Below, in pieces: positions 23,469-35,567 of a stretch of DNA of 64,000 bases (positions within the stretch are counted from its first letter, which is position 1; every line of letters starts with the position of its first letter). Below the pieces are notes generated by a model. The model worked only from the letters and a program-made list of their open reading frames with translations, was not told where the DNA came from and did not search any database. Both the position numbers and the translations under genes were made by a program. The stretch comes from Zootoca vivipara (taxonomy: Eukaryota): positions 36,332,001-36,396,000 of the forward strand of contig NC_083291.1 of assembly GCF_963506605.1 (NCBI RefSeq), given 5' to 3'.

Positions 23469-26400
23469 TATCTGCTTTTTTCATATCTAGGGCACCATTA
23501 TATAATGACTGACCCATTCTTTTCTTGCAGGGTTCCTATAGCTACTGGAATATTAAGTGGACAAGAGGAAGATGCCTCTTGCAGAGACTTGTTCAGCCAT
23601 CCAGTCAGGTTTGTTTATTTTTTAAAACCCATTAAATTAGATTTATCTGACGGGAACAGGAGCAGCAAGTTCAATTGGTTTGAGTTTAGGTTGGATTTCT
23701 GTGTTAAAAGGTCTTTGCACAAACTCCTGTAAGAGAGTATTAACTGACTTTATCACATTAAATCTGAGTTCTGTGTGCTAATTTGTTTTCTTGCATTCCG
23801 TATTAGGTTAAGTGTCATTACTGGAATGAACTTATCAGCTGGCAGCCCAGTGGAGCAAGTAGATTACTACGGGCCGAGCATTCAATACTGTTGGAATATA
23901 AGTGCTTGTCAGGAGGCTGACTGGCTAAGAAGTGGGAAGTGCTCAAACGTGAACTGAATTTAAAGAATTGTGGGTGCTCAATCATGTGAAACAGCACTTT
24001 CTGAAATGTTTAATATGATTTGTAAAATATGAAAGCTGTATGTGTGTGTGTGTGTTTTGGGGTAGGCTTGTGCAGCACTTGAGCTAAAATCTTTTAATGA
24101 GACATAACTGGAAGAATGTCTTAAATCCTAACACCAAATGATGTAAAATTTAAATAAAACAACTATTCTGCATGTGCTTTGAATTCCAAATATGTTGAAC
24201 TATGGCTTCTAATAAAAATGAAACAATAACTGACTTTAGTGTTGTGTTCAGCTTGCTTTCTACACATCAGTCTTAACACATCTACAACCTTATAGGGTAA
24301 GCAGCTGATTAACATTAAAGTAGGGTGCATTGACTGTACCAACTCCTTGCATATCGGACAAGAGTAGGCAAAGGACTACAAGTGTGGACTTAAATGTGTA
24401 TATATGATAGGTATTCTATCATACCTCGAAAAATGTGTATAAGAAATGCAGAACATGCCTCAGTAGAAAAGACAGGAACCCTCATGACTTGGATTAACTA
24501 GCTATGTGCATGATTTTCTATTTGGGAATTTATTTAGTGATCAGAATGCATAACATCAGTCACTCCTAAATTCGGATCCACAGGGATATGGACTGTTGAG
24601 GTACTTGTCAACCAAAGTACACTTGGGGCAAATAAACACATCCCCTCAGAAAACTACATATAGCTACTAAGGCTAGAACTCAAACCCCCTGAAATATTTA
24701 CATCCTATTCCCAGACTTTGTCCATTAGAAATTCAAATCAAAATGGATACAAGAAAGCAATAGCTATTCACAAGTTCTAGTGAGTTTTTTTTTTCCTATA
24801 TACTTTTGCTTTGGGTGGTAGCTTGGTTCAATTATTACTGGTCTCAGTAACCTGCAGGAAATGCTGTAGCATGCTTGAAAAGAGGGAATAAAAGGTCTGG
24901 AATGGGCAAGTCCACTGTGAGGTTTCATAATGCAAGTAGAAGCAATGTTTAATAAACGTTCAAAATTGCCTTCCATTAGGAACTTGAATTAACCTTGCAC
25001 CAGAATGTAAATTGTTTTGCTGCATTGCACTAGTTCTGCCTTCAGATTTGCTTTATCTAGTCCTATTGCAATGTGAAATCCTACATGGGAAATTCATTGT
25101 TGAATGGAAAACATACAAGTCTAAATCTGAGAGTACTGTGCAAAATTAGCTAGGCACCAGGCACATTTTGCACCTGTCTTTTGACCGCTTGTGACCAAGT
25201 GAAGATGTCTGGGCGCAAGGGCGCACCTTATGTTTTCACCATCTGGAGGGGTGTGTCTGGGAATCCTTGGATGTGGACTGTTGTCACACACTAATAGGCT
25301 ATTCCTGTGGAATTCCGAGTTATACTTTATTTGCACAATCAGAATGAATTTCGGGAACTATAATGCTTTTTCTGTGCATCCTGGAGCCATTAAGAAAAAA
25401 GATAGGACTAGGCCAATATATATGTGAATTGTTCCTGGATAAAGTGACTTCTCATAGCTCTTAACCTAGCTCACATTTCATCCAAAAATGCCAACTGAAC
25501 ATTTAATTTTCGCAACTGCAACCTTTGTTCAAAGAGCCATTTGGCACCCAGATTATGTATCTTTAACACTGGGAGTGCTGGATGTTGCTTCATCCTCTAA
25601 ACCGCCCATGGCAAAGTTAGGACAACTAGCAAGATTTCACTCATGTTCTTGCCTATTGTGATGGGTGTGCTCCTTTTCACCTGTTCTCCATATTGTTTGG
25701 TAATATGCTTCCATGGAAGATTTAGTGTCTTTGATTCCATTTGCACATGAAGAGTGTTGTAACATGCCTAGTTTCTAAGCATGTATCCATAACAAAGAAT
25801 GATACTCATAAAATAGGGATCTGGGCTGTTTCCATTTCTGTACATAAACTTGACAGTTATATTAAGAGCCTTTGTTTTTTACACTGGTTTTCACAAAGCT
25901 TACACGTACTGCTCCTTAAGAGAGCTCATGAGCAATGAAAGTCTTCCGTTCCTTTCAGCGGAACACATTTTCCTACTGAGTGATCAAGATTAGTATAAAA
26001 TCGTAACTTAAGCAAATACCCTCTCTTGTAAAGTGTATGAAACTTGAGAGGAATCTGGGCGATGGCTTAATTTAGCCTTGATCACCATCAACTAGCAACC
26101 AGGCGGGCACAAATTTTTCCTTTGTTTTCTTGGCGCTCTCACATGGGAAGGGCCTGGTTCATTGTCACGGCGTCCGCCTCACGGGCTCCAAGCTCCATCC
26201 CCAGCAGCATCTCCATGTGGGCTTGGGAGAGCAACCCGGCCCGAAACCCTCCGAGAAAAAGCAGCTGCCAGTCCGTGTAGAGCAGAGGCAGGCAACCTCC
26301 GGTCCCTGGAGCCTCACGAGGCAGACCCCTGCCATCATACACGTCCGGCGGGTAAAACTTTGGCTCCATTAGCATCACCCCCTTCATCCAACTCCCTCCT

Positions 26401-26689
26401 TGAAACCCTGGAGAGCCGCTGCCAGCCAGGGCAGGCAAAGCGGAGCTAAATGGGCCAACGGCCAGAGTTCGGCATAAGGCGGCTTCCCGGCGCGTTCCTG
26501 TCTCTCGAGATGGGGGGGGGGCGAAGGTCTCGCGCCCTTGAGCGGGGCCCTCCGGAAGGATTCCTCCTTCCCGCATTGTTTGGGCCGCAGCCTTTTCTCG
26601 CCTTCCGAATGAAGACCTGCTGGCGAAGGGCGCGCTTCCTCAGGAGAAAGCGAGGCGAGCTCGAGTAGGCCGCGGCTTTTGTCAGTTAT

Positions 26690-26900
26690 CTTTTGAAAGA
26701 GGGGAGGGGTGGGATGCGGAGGGGGAGGGGCAGCGCGCACGCGCACGTGAGGCGAGGAGGCCGCGGATATGAAATGGGGTAGCGGGAAGGAGGGGGAGGC
26801 GTGGTCGCCATTGTGATTTGGCCCCGCCTTCCGCGCGCCCAGCCAATCCCGGCTCGGGAGCTGCGTGTCGGGCGTGGCCTAGCCGCAGCCTCACTTTCAT
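26690..26900 (+). promoter_or_regulatory. TATA-less CpG-island promoter of the CIRBP-like paralog
   Basis: E-box CACGTG 26744-26749, GC boxes, CCAAT 26843-26847; YY1-type AAAATGGCGG and GCGGCCATTTT in intron 1. Confidence 0.65.
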
Positions 26901-26914
26901 TCTCCTCGCTTGCG

Positions 26915-26936
26915 TCTCTCTCTCTCTCTCTCTCTT
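26915..26936. repeat. (TC)n tract in exon 1/5'UTR of the paralog
   Basis: Direct reading. Confidence 0.9.
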
Positions 26937-29605
26937 TCGGCGCCATCGCGATACCCTCTTGCCTCAGTGGCTAACGGCTCTCTTCGCATCCTGCTCAGAG
27001 ACCGGCTTCGGTGAGTGCTTTGACGCCGGGGAAGCCCCAGGCCGCTGCAGGAAAGCCGTAGGAGGGGCGCTGCATCGAGCATGGAAGGGGAGCAGGGAGA
27101 GTAACGGGGAAGAAAGCTACCTCTTCGCCGTGTGGGGCGGGGGAGGCTGAAGGGAGAGACGCTACACAAAATGGCGGCGGCTGCTCATAAAGAACGAGAG
27201 GGCCCCTCTGCGCACACTTGTGTTTGAAACGCCGTTCTCTCAGTCTCCTTCGCAAGGAGTAAAGTGCGTTGCTGAAGACCACCAGGAAGGGAGGAAATTG
27301 TTCCAGGGGGATGGAGAGCATTAGACGTGGCCAAGTCCGCTGTAGCAGCGGGTTTAACGCGGGGGCGGGAGAGGAGGAGCCCTTGGCTTACTGCGCCTGC
27401 GCGAAGGCTGTTCGCGGAGCGCGGGACAGCAGCGGGGTAGTCTTTGCGCATGCCTGCTGGGGTCTCAGTCCGTAGAACGTGAAACGCGCTGAGCTCGCCT
27501 TCCCGCATTCTGTTCAGACCACGTGTTCGCGGCCATTTTAGCAGGGGGGAGGGGTGGACTGGTTGGGGCAAAGAATGGAAGCCCATTCTCTCTGCAGGTC
27601 TGCGTTGATAAGCCGTCGGGAGCCACTGCAACACTCACATCGAACCTTCCTTCGATGACTTGCTCCTGATATTGATGCACTAAGATTTCAGGATCTTACC
27701 ATACGCACCTGATAGATGAAAGCTGCCTCAGGTCGTCAGCCGCATGTTACCAAAATTATTGACCACAGCATTCTAGTAGTTGCTGCTCAAGGTGGAGTCA
27801 ATACCAGGCTTCATAAGATGGTTCGAGAAGCCCTGATCTTACATATTTTTTGCTTGAAAGCAAGATCCACCTGTATGGCTGAGGACTTAATCCAAGCAGA
27901 TACTCATTTTCCCGTAAACTAGAAAACGCGCTGAACGATTGTTGGGGTTCATCATTGCACATGGGTGTAAAACATGTCAAGCCGGAAGGGTGGTAAATAA
28001 GCTATAACAACAATTAGCCCTCATAAAATACTAGTTACAATGAGGTTGCCATAATAATAATATTTTATTTATACCCTGCCCATCTGGCTGGGTTTCCCCA
28101 GCCACTCTGGGTGGCTTCCAACAAAATATTAAAAATAAAAAAACAACTTGATTCAAAGTGTGTTCACCCTAATGCACTTTAATCATAAATAGTATTAAAG
28201 GTAGGGAAGTGGCTTAACACTGCCACCTCCTTTTCATATGTGAAAAAGACTGCCTGCATGCTTACTTCATTTAGCCATCCATTTTTCTGAAGCAGGCATT
28301 GATGAAAATTGAGAAGTGCTTATTAGCATTTGGCCTTGGCATGTCCAAACCTCAACGTCTGCCTGATAGCTTATCTGACGCTCTGGACTGGAGAAAGCAA
28401 TTCAGATAGGCACTTCGAGTGGGGGAAATAAGCATCTTCCATCTCTGTTTGGCAATTAACACAGTTATATCACTGGGAAAACAAATTAACTGCTCATTTG
28501 TAGCTAATTCACTCCTGCCTGCTTATAGCTAACCCCAGTCACCTGTATCTTAATTACCTCTAGAATAATGAAGAACTGTTAACAGCTAGGCTCATTCTGT
28601 GTCCAGTAAAATGTACTTTTATGCACTCATAAGACTGTCCTTTACTGTAGAAGGCACAAGATATAAACACTTCTAACATTAAAAGTAATGGCACAAGAAC
28701 ACCTTGTCTGGTATTAAGATGAAGCACCAAAAGAACAAGAGGGCAACATTAGCAGTCCTACCTTTGAGTAAACTTTTTAGAAAATTCTTTACTCCTGCAA
28801 ATGGCCACACACATATATCCACTTTTTGACCACAGTATATGCTGCCTTATTGCATGTTTATTTGAGAGTCAGTCACATTGTTTTCAGTGATGCTTATTCC
28901 CAGATAAGTTTGCACAGGATTACAGTTAAGACTAGTTCTGTGCACAATCGCTTGGGAGTAAGATCTACTGGAAATAAAAAATAGGCAACATTGATTTTTC
29001 AGTTTGTTGCTTCCAGATAAATAAATGGCTGCAAATAAAAACAGAAGAAGTAATTTTTCAGCTTCACCATGTCTCTGCCTCAGGGCATTCAGGGGAAAGT
29101 AAACATGTTAAGTTTACAATGCTCAGTTGACAAAGATAATTATGGGTCTCAGTTCAGTGGTAAACAGATAGTAAAACAAAGTTAAGAGGCACCCGGCCTG
29201 GAAGTGAGACTGCTACTGGAAGTCAGGCAACTAATGAAGATAAGCTACAAAAGGAAGGTGTTACCCTGGTCAATATGCGCAACCTATACATCAGTGGTGA
29301 TGATCATACAGCAGATTAAGAAGAAGCCTGGCTTTGTACCATATTATTCATTGGTTTAATGAATATTAATTTGCCCCAGTCCAGCAGAAGGAAGGAAACT
29401 GGTTTACAAAAGAGCAGCAGGCCTTGGATGTTTTGCTGACAGGCAAATTAATGATAATTTGTTTTCCTGGAAAATGAAAACGGGATGTTAGTTGTTGGTG
29501 AGCAGCTACTTGTAAATTGCTAGTGTAGCCTGTTACCTTTTGTCCTTATTCCCACATATGTTTGCCATATCTAAACACATTTCTTCCCTACAGATCACTT
29601 CAACA

Positions 29606-29708
29606 ATGGCATCAGATGAAGGAAAACTCTTCATTGGAGGGCTCAGTTTTGACACCAATGAGCAGAATCTGGAGCAGTTGTTCTCCCCCTATGGAGACAT
29701 TGCAGAAG
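29606..29708 (+). CDS. CIRBP-like paralog exon 2, coding part
   Basis: cttccctacag| acceptor before 29594, ATG 29606, G|GTGAGG donor; 103 nt. Confidence 0.93.
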
Positions 29709-30510
29709 GTGAGGAAGGGTGTCGCACCTGATTTTATTCTGTCATTACAGAAGTTCTGAATCTGTTAATGTTTCTGCACCAGGAAACCAATTGGTAGGGA
29801 TTTGGAGTTTGCAAGTGCATACACTCAAACAATGATAGCAACTATACTACCGGTATGATAAGTTAAAAGACTTGTCACATCTGGCATTCAAGGCATGACA
29901 ACTCTTTGGATGAGGCAGAAAATCACCATTCATTCTTGTGGCAAGCAAGAGCCACCATCCCTGATAGAGAGCCCTCAATGACCACATTTGGCCTCACCCC
30001 TGTGTTAATGTCAGCAACCTTGAACGATTTACTAGCAATTCCTGTGCTGTATCACTTCAGATCACAGCTGGAGTTTGCCTGCTTATTCATGTAAAATCCT
30101 TTTTTCTGAACATTCAAAATCAGTGTGTGACGAAGACTGTCCAACTATGTTCATATTGAACAAATGGGGTTTTGTTAACATGAGAGAGCACTTGATACAT
30201 ATCTGCATTCTGAAGTGATACTCCTGGCAATATAAAGTTAATGATGTGCATCTTGCTTTCTCCAAATTGTGTTGTCATTAATACTATGGCTTGCTCATTT
30301 GATTTGTTTCAATATTAATCTAATTAAACTGAAATAGCAAAGCTTGCCATTCAGTCCCATGGCTTGCTTTAGTCATTACCAAACACATCCAGCCTTTCCC
30401 CCAATCCTCTCTAAAACAGTTCTGTAAATACAATAGTTTCCTAGCCCTGTTTAATTTCCTCATCCCTTCCTCTCAACTCTATTTACACTCTTGTGATGTG
30501 AGAAAACCAT

Positions 30511-30737
30511 GAATCATAGAATCCTAGAGTTGGAAGAGAACACAAGGGCCATCCAGTCCAACCCCCTGCGCCAAGCAAGAAACACCATCAAAGCATTCCT
30601 GACAGATGGCTGTCAAGCCTCCGCTTAAAGTCCTCCAAAGAAGGAGACTCCACCACACTCCTTGGAAGCAAATTCCACTGTTGAATAGCTCTTACTGTCG
30701 GGAAGTTCTTCCTAATGTCAGGAAGTTCTTCCTAATG
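30511..30737 (-). mobile_element. CR1 LINE 3' fragment
   Basis: GAATCATAGAATC tail repeat, CR1 3' hairpin region and RT C-terminal remnant. Confidence 0.8.
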
Positions 30738-30803
30738 AAGTCAGCCTGCTTCCTTCCCCTACCCCACAGGTTATGAAAGCATCCTTTACTATATGTTTTA
30801 GCA

Positions 30804-30940
30804 CAGGCTTCCTCAACCTCAGCCCTCCAGATGTTTTTGAGACTACAATTCCCATCATCCCTGACCACTGGTCCTGCTAGCTAGGGATCATGGGAGTTGT
30901 AGGCCAAAAACGTCTGGAAGGCCAAGGTTGAGGAAGCCTG
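30804..30940. mobile_element. hAT MITE (about 136-bp family)
   Basis: TIRs CAGGCTTCCTCAACC/GGTTGAGGAAGCCTG; TSD TTTTAGCA. Confidence 0.92.
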
Positions 30941-31485
30941 TTTTAGCACAATGTTTCAATATAGCCTTAATTTTATAAAACCTTGATCCAAAGTGGTCTT
31001 GATTATTTATAGCTGGCAAAGTGGGATGAGGGGCATGTATAGGTTATATTTGAAGAATGCCAATGATACATGGCTGGATCTTCCTAATTTTCAAAGTGAT
31101 AAATTGTATTGAAAAAATACAAAGGTATCAAGATGTCTAGTTGGGAAGGATTGTGCGTCGATATTACAGACCTCTTGATGTATAGATTTGAGCTTTCCTG
31201 GAAGCAAGCCCTTGTAATTGAGAGATTGGTTAATAAATTACATGAGCTCATTAATAACAGCATCTTATTTCCCCAGTAAGATAGACAGCAGGGTTTTTCT
31301 TATTCTTCAGCATCCAATTCTTGAAGCTTATTTCCCAGATGCCCCCGTGTGGCTATAATGTCCTTCCAAGCAGTCTTTGAGTCTGAAGTGGGGCTAAAGA
31401 CGGAACCTGGCAAGGGACACTGGCTGTCAACTACATGCAGAAAAAGAGCCAGGAAAATAATCTGTTAAAATTTTTCTCTCTCCAG

Positions 31486-31592
31486 TGGTTGTGGTGAAAG
31501 ACAGGGAGACGCAGCGGTCCAGGGGTTTTGGTTTTATTACCTATTGCCGTCCTGAAGATGCCAAGGATGCCATGAGGGCTATGAATGGAGAG
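31486..31592 (+). CDS. CIRBP-like paralog exon 3 (RNP1)
   Basis: ctctctccag| acceptor, GAG|GTAAGT donor; 107 nt. Confidence 0.93.
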
Positions 31593-31643
31593 GTAAGTGT
31601 CGCCCGCATAGATTGTTCACCATTTCTTATTCATTCTCTATTG

Positions 31644-31779
31644 CAGGCATCCCCAAACTTCGGCCCTCCAGATGTTTTGGACTGCAGTTCCCATCATCCC
31701 TGACCGCTGGTCCTGTTAGCTAGGGATCATGGGAGTTGTAGGCCAAAACATCTGGAGGGCCGCAGTTTGGGGATGCCTG
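31644..31779. mobile_element. hAT MITE (about 136-bp family)
   Basis: TIRs as at 3826; TSD CTCTATTG. Confidence 0.92.
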
Positions 31780-32383
31780 CTCTATTGCATCCACTTTCTT
31801 TGCAACTTCCTAGAATATGGAAGGCTATTAGATGTGATCTGTCATGATTGTATTGCAAAATGTTGTAACTACCTACTCTTACTTTGGTGGGTGTGCAGCA
31901 CAGTGAGCAGCAATAATTTTTAGTCCTGAATTACAGCTCCAGGATTGCTTAATTCACCTTTTGTTACAGCAACTTCATGATGCTCTTCTAAACTCGGGTG
32001 GGGAACCTGTGGCTTGTCAGCCCAGAATCCACATTTGGCCCATGATGCCATTTCACTCCCAAGTTACACTCAACTGATGTCATAAGTGATGTCAGTTGTG
32101 TGGAAAAGTCAGGTCTGTTTGGTTGGGGTGCACCAACCAATGAGATACACAAAACTGGTTGTCCTGAATTCAGCTTTAAAAAAAAATTCAATAATAAAAT
32201 TTATTTAAATATTTAATTTAATTAAATATATATTCTGTGGGTATTCCATAGCATTCAGCAGAACAGGGATTTGTTCTGCTTCCCAGTGGCAGAGGATGCA
32301 AATCATTCAAAACAAAATTTTAATCCAAGCTTTGATTATATTGGACTCCTGCCTCCTTGTTAGCAGGTTGGAAGAGTAGCATA

Positions 32384-32709
32384 AAAAGGTAAAGGGACCC
32401 CTGACCATTAGGTCCAGTCATGACCGAGTTGGGGGTTGCGGCGCTCATCTTGCCGGCGTACAGCTTCCATGTGGCCAGCATGACAAAGCCGCTTCTGGCA
32501 AACCAGACAAACTGAAACACTGTTTACCTTCCCGCTGTAGCGGTACCTATTTATCTACTTGCACTTTGACGGGCTTTCGAACTGCTAGGTTGGCAGGAGC
32601 TGGGACCAAACAACGGGAGCTCACCCTGTTGCGGGGATTCAAACCGCCGACCTTCGGATTGGCAAGCCCTAGGCTCTGTGGCTTAACTCACAGCACCACC
32701 CGCGTCCCT
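32384..32709 (-). mobile_element. Sauria SINE
   Basis: tRNA-derived head and ACCTTT tail; 16-bp TSD TTGGAAGAGTAGCATA. Confidence 0.93.
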
Positions 32710-32776
32710 TTGGAAGAGTAGCATACATCTTGGTTAAAAGCTCTGGCTCTGATTTGTTCTCTTGCTTCTCCCCAAG

Positions 32777-32870
32777 TCTGTGGATGGGCGTCAGATCAGA
32801 GTGGACCAGGCTGGAAAATCCTCCCGTGGCTCTTCTGGAGGCAGAGGGCGTGGACGTGGATTCTCCAGAG
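32777..32870 (+). CDS. CIRBP-like paralog exon 4
   Basis: cttctccccaag| acceptor, G|GTGAGT donor; [16 protein letters not shown]. Confidence 0.92.
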
Positions 32871-32954
32871 GTGAGTGGCTTGTGCCCTTCAGTGCTAACT
32901 GCTTAGTGGTGTGGGAGCAAATAGGCTTGATAAACATTCATATCTTTGCTGCAG

Positions 32955-33033
32955 GCGGTGGAGGATATGGAGGTGGCCGTTATGATAACAGAAGCGGTGG
33001 CTATGGTGGATCTAGAGACTATTATGGCAGCAG
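32955..33033 (+). CDS. CIRBP-like paralog exon 5
   Basis: gctgcag| acceptor, AG|GTAAGA donor; [25 protein letters not shown]. Confidence 0.9.
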
Positions 33034-33714
33034 GTAAGACCAACACACGCACCTAAGAGATACTTGGTTGCAGCAGATTGTGGTACCTACAAATATGATG
33101 TTGAGATCATGATCCTTTGTGTTCTGTATTAGAATAACAGTTTGAGAGTTCCTTCTGAACCATTAAACTTTTCCTTAGAGGTAGCAAAAGAGAGCTGTTG
33201 AAGTGCTCCTGATTATTTTAGCATTTGGAAATAGGCTTAGCCCGCTGTATGCTGCTATGGCATGGAAGCTGCAGGTATTGCATGCTGTTTTAGTAACAAC
33301 AGGCTATCATGTAGAAAGGAAGATTCGTCCTGCCATGCCTCAGTTTTTACTCAGTTTTTATAACCTCCTTACTAAATTGGTCCTCTCTTAATGACCAATT
33401 TATATACAGCACTTAAATAAGAATGAGGTTTATAAATGAGCATTTCCGTAAAGGTTCTTTTTGTAATTTTGTCATAATATTGATATTTTAATATGCCTAC
33501 CTGTACAATGGGACAGCAGCCCCAAAATAAGTTCTGGGTGGTTCTTCAGGTCCCCAGAGCAGATTTTTTTTCATGGGCGGGAGGAGGCAAAGAAGAATCC
33601 CCACTGCATGAGTGGATGGATGCCTGCTCATACTACACTGAATCTCACTCAATGTATAGCATCTAGCAGCAGCTCAGCAGTGACATATCAGTCTTCTGTT
33701 CTTTTTCCCTCAAG

Positions 33715-33778
33715 GAATCAAGGAGGCTATGGAGACCGTTACTCTGGGAGCTCCTACAGAGACAACTACGATAACTAG
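33715..33778 (+). CDS. CIRBP-like paralog exon 6 (..SYRDNYDN*)
   Basis: ttccctcaag| acceptor; TAG 33776-33778 directly followed by the GTAAGT donor. Confidence 0.9.
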
Positions 33779-35331
33779 GTAAGTGTATGTCTAAGCACCA
33801 TCTGCTTCTTATATCAGGATAGCTACTAAAGCATAGGACTTAGTTCTCTCACGTCACAGACTAACTTTGTCAGCAAAACTCCTTTCCTCATCAGCAAGTC
33901 TAGCATAATTGCGTATGCAGAATTGGCCTGTTGCTGGAGTAAAGCAAAAAATAAAAATGGGACAGTTAAACCCATCCACACACTTTGTTTTTAAGGGACA
34001 CTGTTGAGCCAGCCTATAAAAACCATGACTACAGCCTTTTACACACGGAAACTTTCTCCGAACCGTAAGTTTATGGGAATTAAACCTCTACATTCCTAAT
34101 ACGGTCTTGCTTTTGTTGAAAAACAAAAAAGGTGTATGCGAATACTCTTTATTGGCAGATAATTTCCCCCCTGCATCATCTCCAAGGCTGCGAACAGTTG
34201 CCCTGGGCTGGGAGGAGGGAATCTAGGTTAGCATCAAGCACCAATGTTCTTCAGTGTACTTTATGATCTGTACCTGCTTCTTGTCCTCAGCTTGCACCGA
34301 GCATAAATCCTTCCTGAATCAAGATCGTCCTTCCAATGGCCGTATTTATAAAGATTTTTGGAGCTTCGCTGAATCTTGTTTAGTTCTCTACCTGTATCTT
34401 CCCTTTTTGTAGTCTTACCACAAGCAGCCCAACAGCTTCTGCTACAGGATGGCCTGTTAGAGCTTTCTGAAGGAAAACATTTTAATTTGCCTTTTTTTTT
34501 TACAGGTGTGTTTAAGCATTTTTGAATACATACTTTTATTGCTTTCCCCCACCTCCACCCCCTGGATTTCTTTTAACACACCAAGATGGGGGTTCTGACC
34601 TATTCTTCACCTAAAATTCCCCAGAGTCTGAGCAAGGTGTGAGGATCCTCCTTGTTTTTATAAATGCATTAATACCTTGTAGTTTTGTAAAAGTCCTATG
34701 GTGTAGCAAGCAAGGGGTATGGTGGAAGGCAAAACCCCCTTGATTATAAAGGGAGACGTGTGTTTGATCTTCAGAAATCAGAATTTATACTGTATGATGT
34801 ACCTAGAACCGAAGCTTGCAGAACTTGCAAGTTGTTCTTGAAAAACCGTTTGTTTATATTTTTTTTTAAACTGGAAGACACACATGTAACTCGATATTGT
34901 ACTAAAAGTGGTTAAGGAATTCCTGTATTCAGTTCTTTGGCTTCACGAAGCCTATTAAATGCCCTTCTGAAAATGAAATTTGTTCTTGACGTTTTAACAC
35001 TTCAACTATGCCCAATTTAAAGCCATAATACATGGCACATATTTTAAACTGCTGTGTATTTGTTAAACGGATACCTTGGAGAGGAGATGCCAAGGAATTT
35101 CAGTACTTAGTTCAGTGGGCTAAAGCCTACAAGCATTTGTATTTGGGTGCTTTGTATATTGTCAGTTTGAAAGATTGTGCCTTGTGTTTGGGATTCTTTC
35201 TATATTGGCTTGTGTGCCACAGAACCTCTGCCGTTGAGGTATTCTGGGGTAAGCATGTAAGATACCAGCCTGGCCTGTGGAGCCTGAACTGGATGTATCC
35301 ATGAATATAGGCTATCATCCCTTGGGTGGTA

Positions 35332-35567
35332 CAGTGGCACCCTGGGTTGCGGACCCGATCTGTTCCGGGGTGCCGTTCGCACAACGAAAAGTCCACACCC
35401 CGAGCGGCGCTTTTGCGCATGCGCGATAGAGCGCTTCTGCACGCAGTGCCCAGAACGCTTCTGCGCATGCGCACGCGGTGAAACCCAGAAGTAAACACTT
35501 TCGGGTCCGCCGCGTTCGTAACACAAAAAAATGCAACCCTCAGTGGACACAACACGAGGTATGACTG
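35332..35567. mobile_element. Tc1/mariner (Tigger-like) MITE
   Basis: TA-CAGTGGCACC...GAGGTATGACTG-TA; CpG-rich GCGCATGCGC interior. Confidence 0.75.

Larger units (their letters stand above)
26890..34975 (+). other. Tandem RBM3/CIRBP-like cold-shock RNA-binding protein gene (exon 1 about 26890-27010; exons 29594-29708, 31486-31592, 32777-32870, 32955-33033, 33715-33778; 3'UTR exon 34291 to about 34975)
   Basis: 148-aa product [34 protein letters not shown]...[40 protein letters not shown]...YRDNYDN*; same intron positions and phases as the neighbouring RBM3; intact ORF; ATTAAA 34954-34959. Symbol withheld because orthology (CIRBP versus RBM3 paralog) is unresolved. Confidence 0.9.

Noticed and set aside
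29606-33778. Paralog as a pseudogene or assembly duplication
   Set aside because: Intact ORF and splice sites, own CpG promoter, unrelated introns and about 22% RRM divergence.
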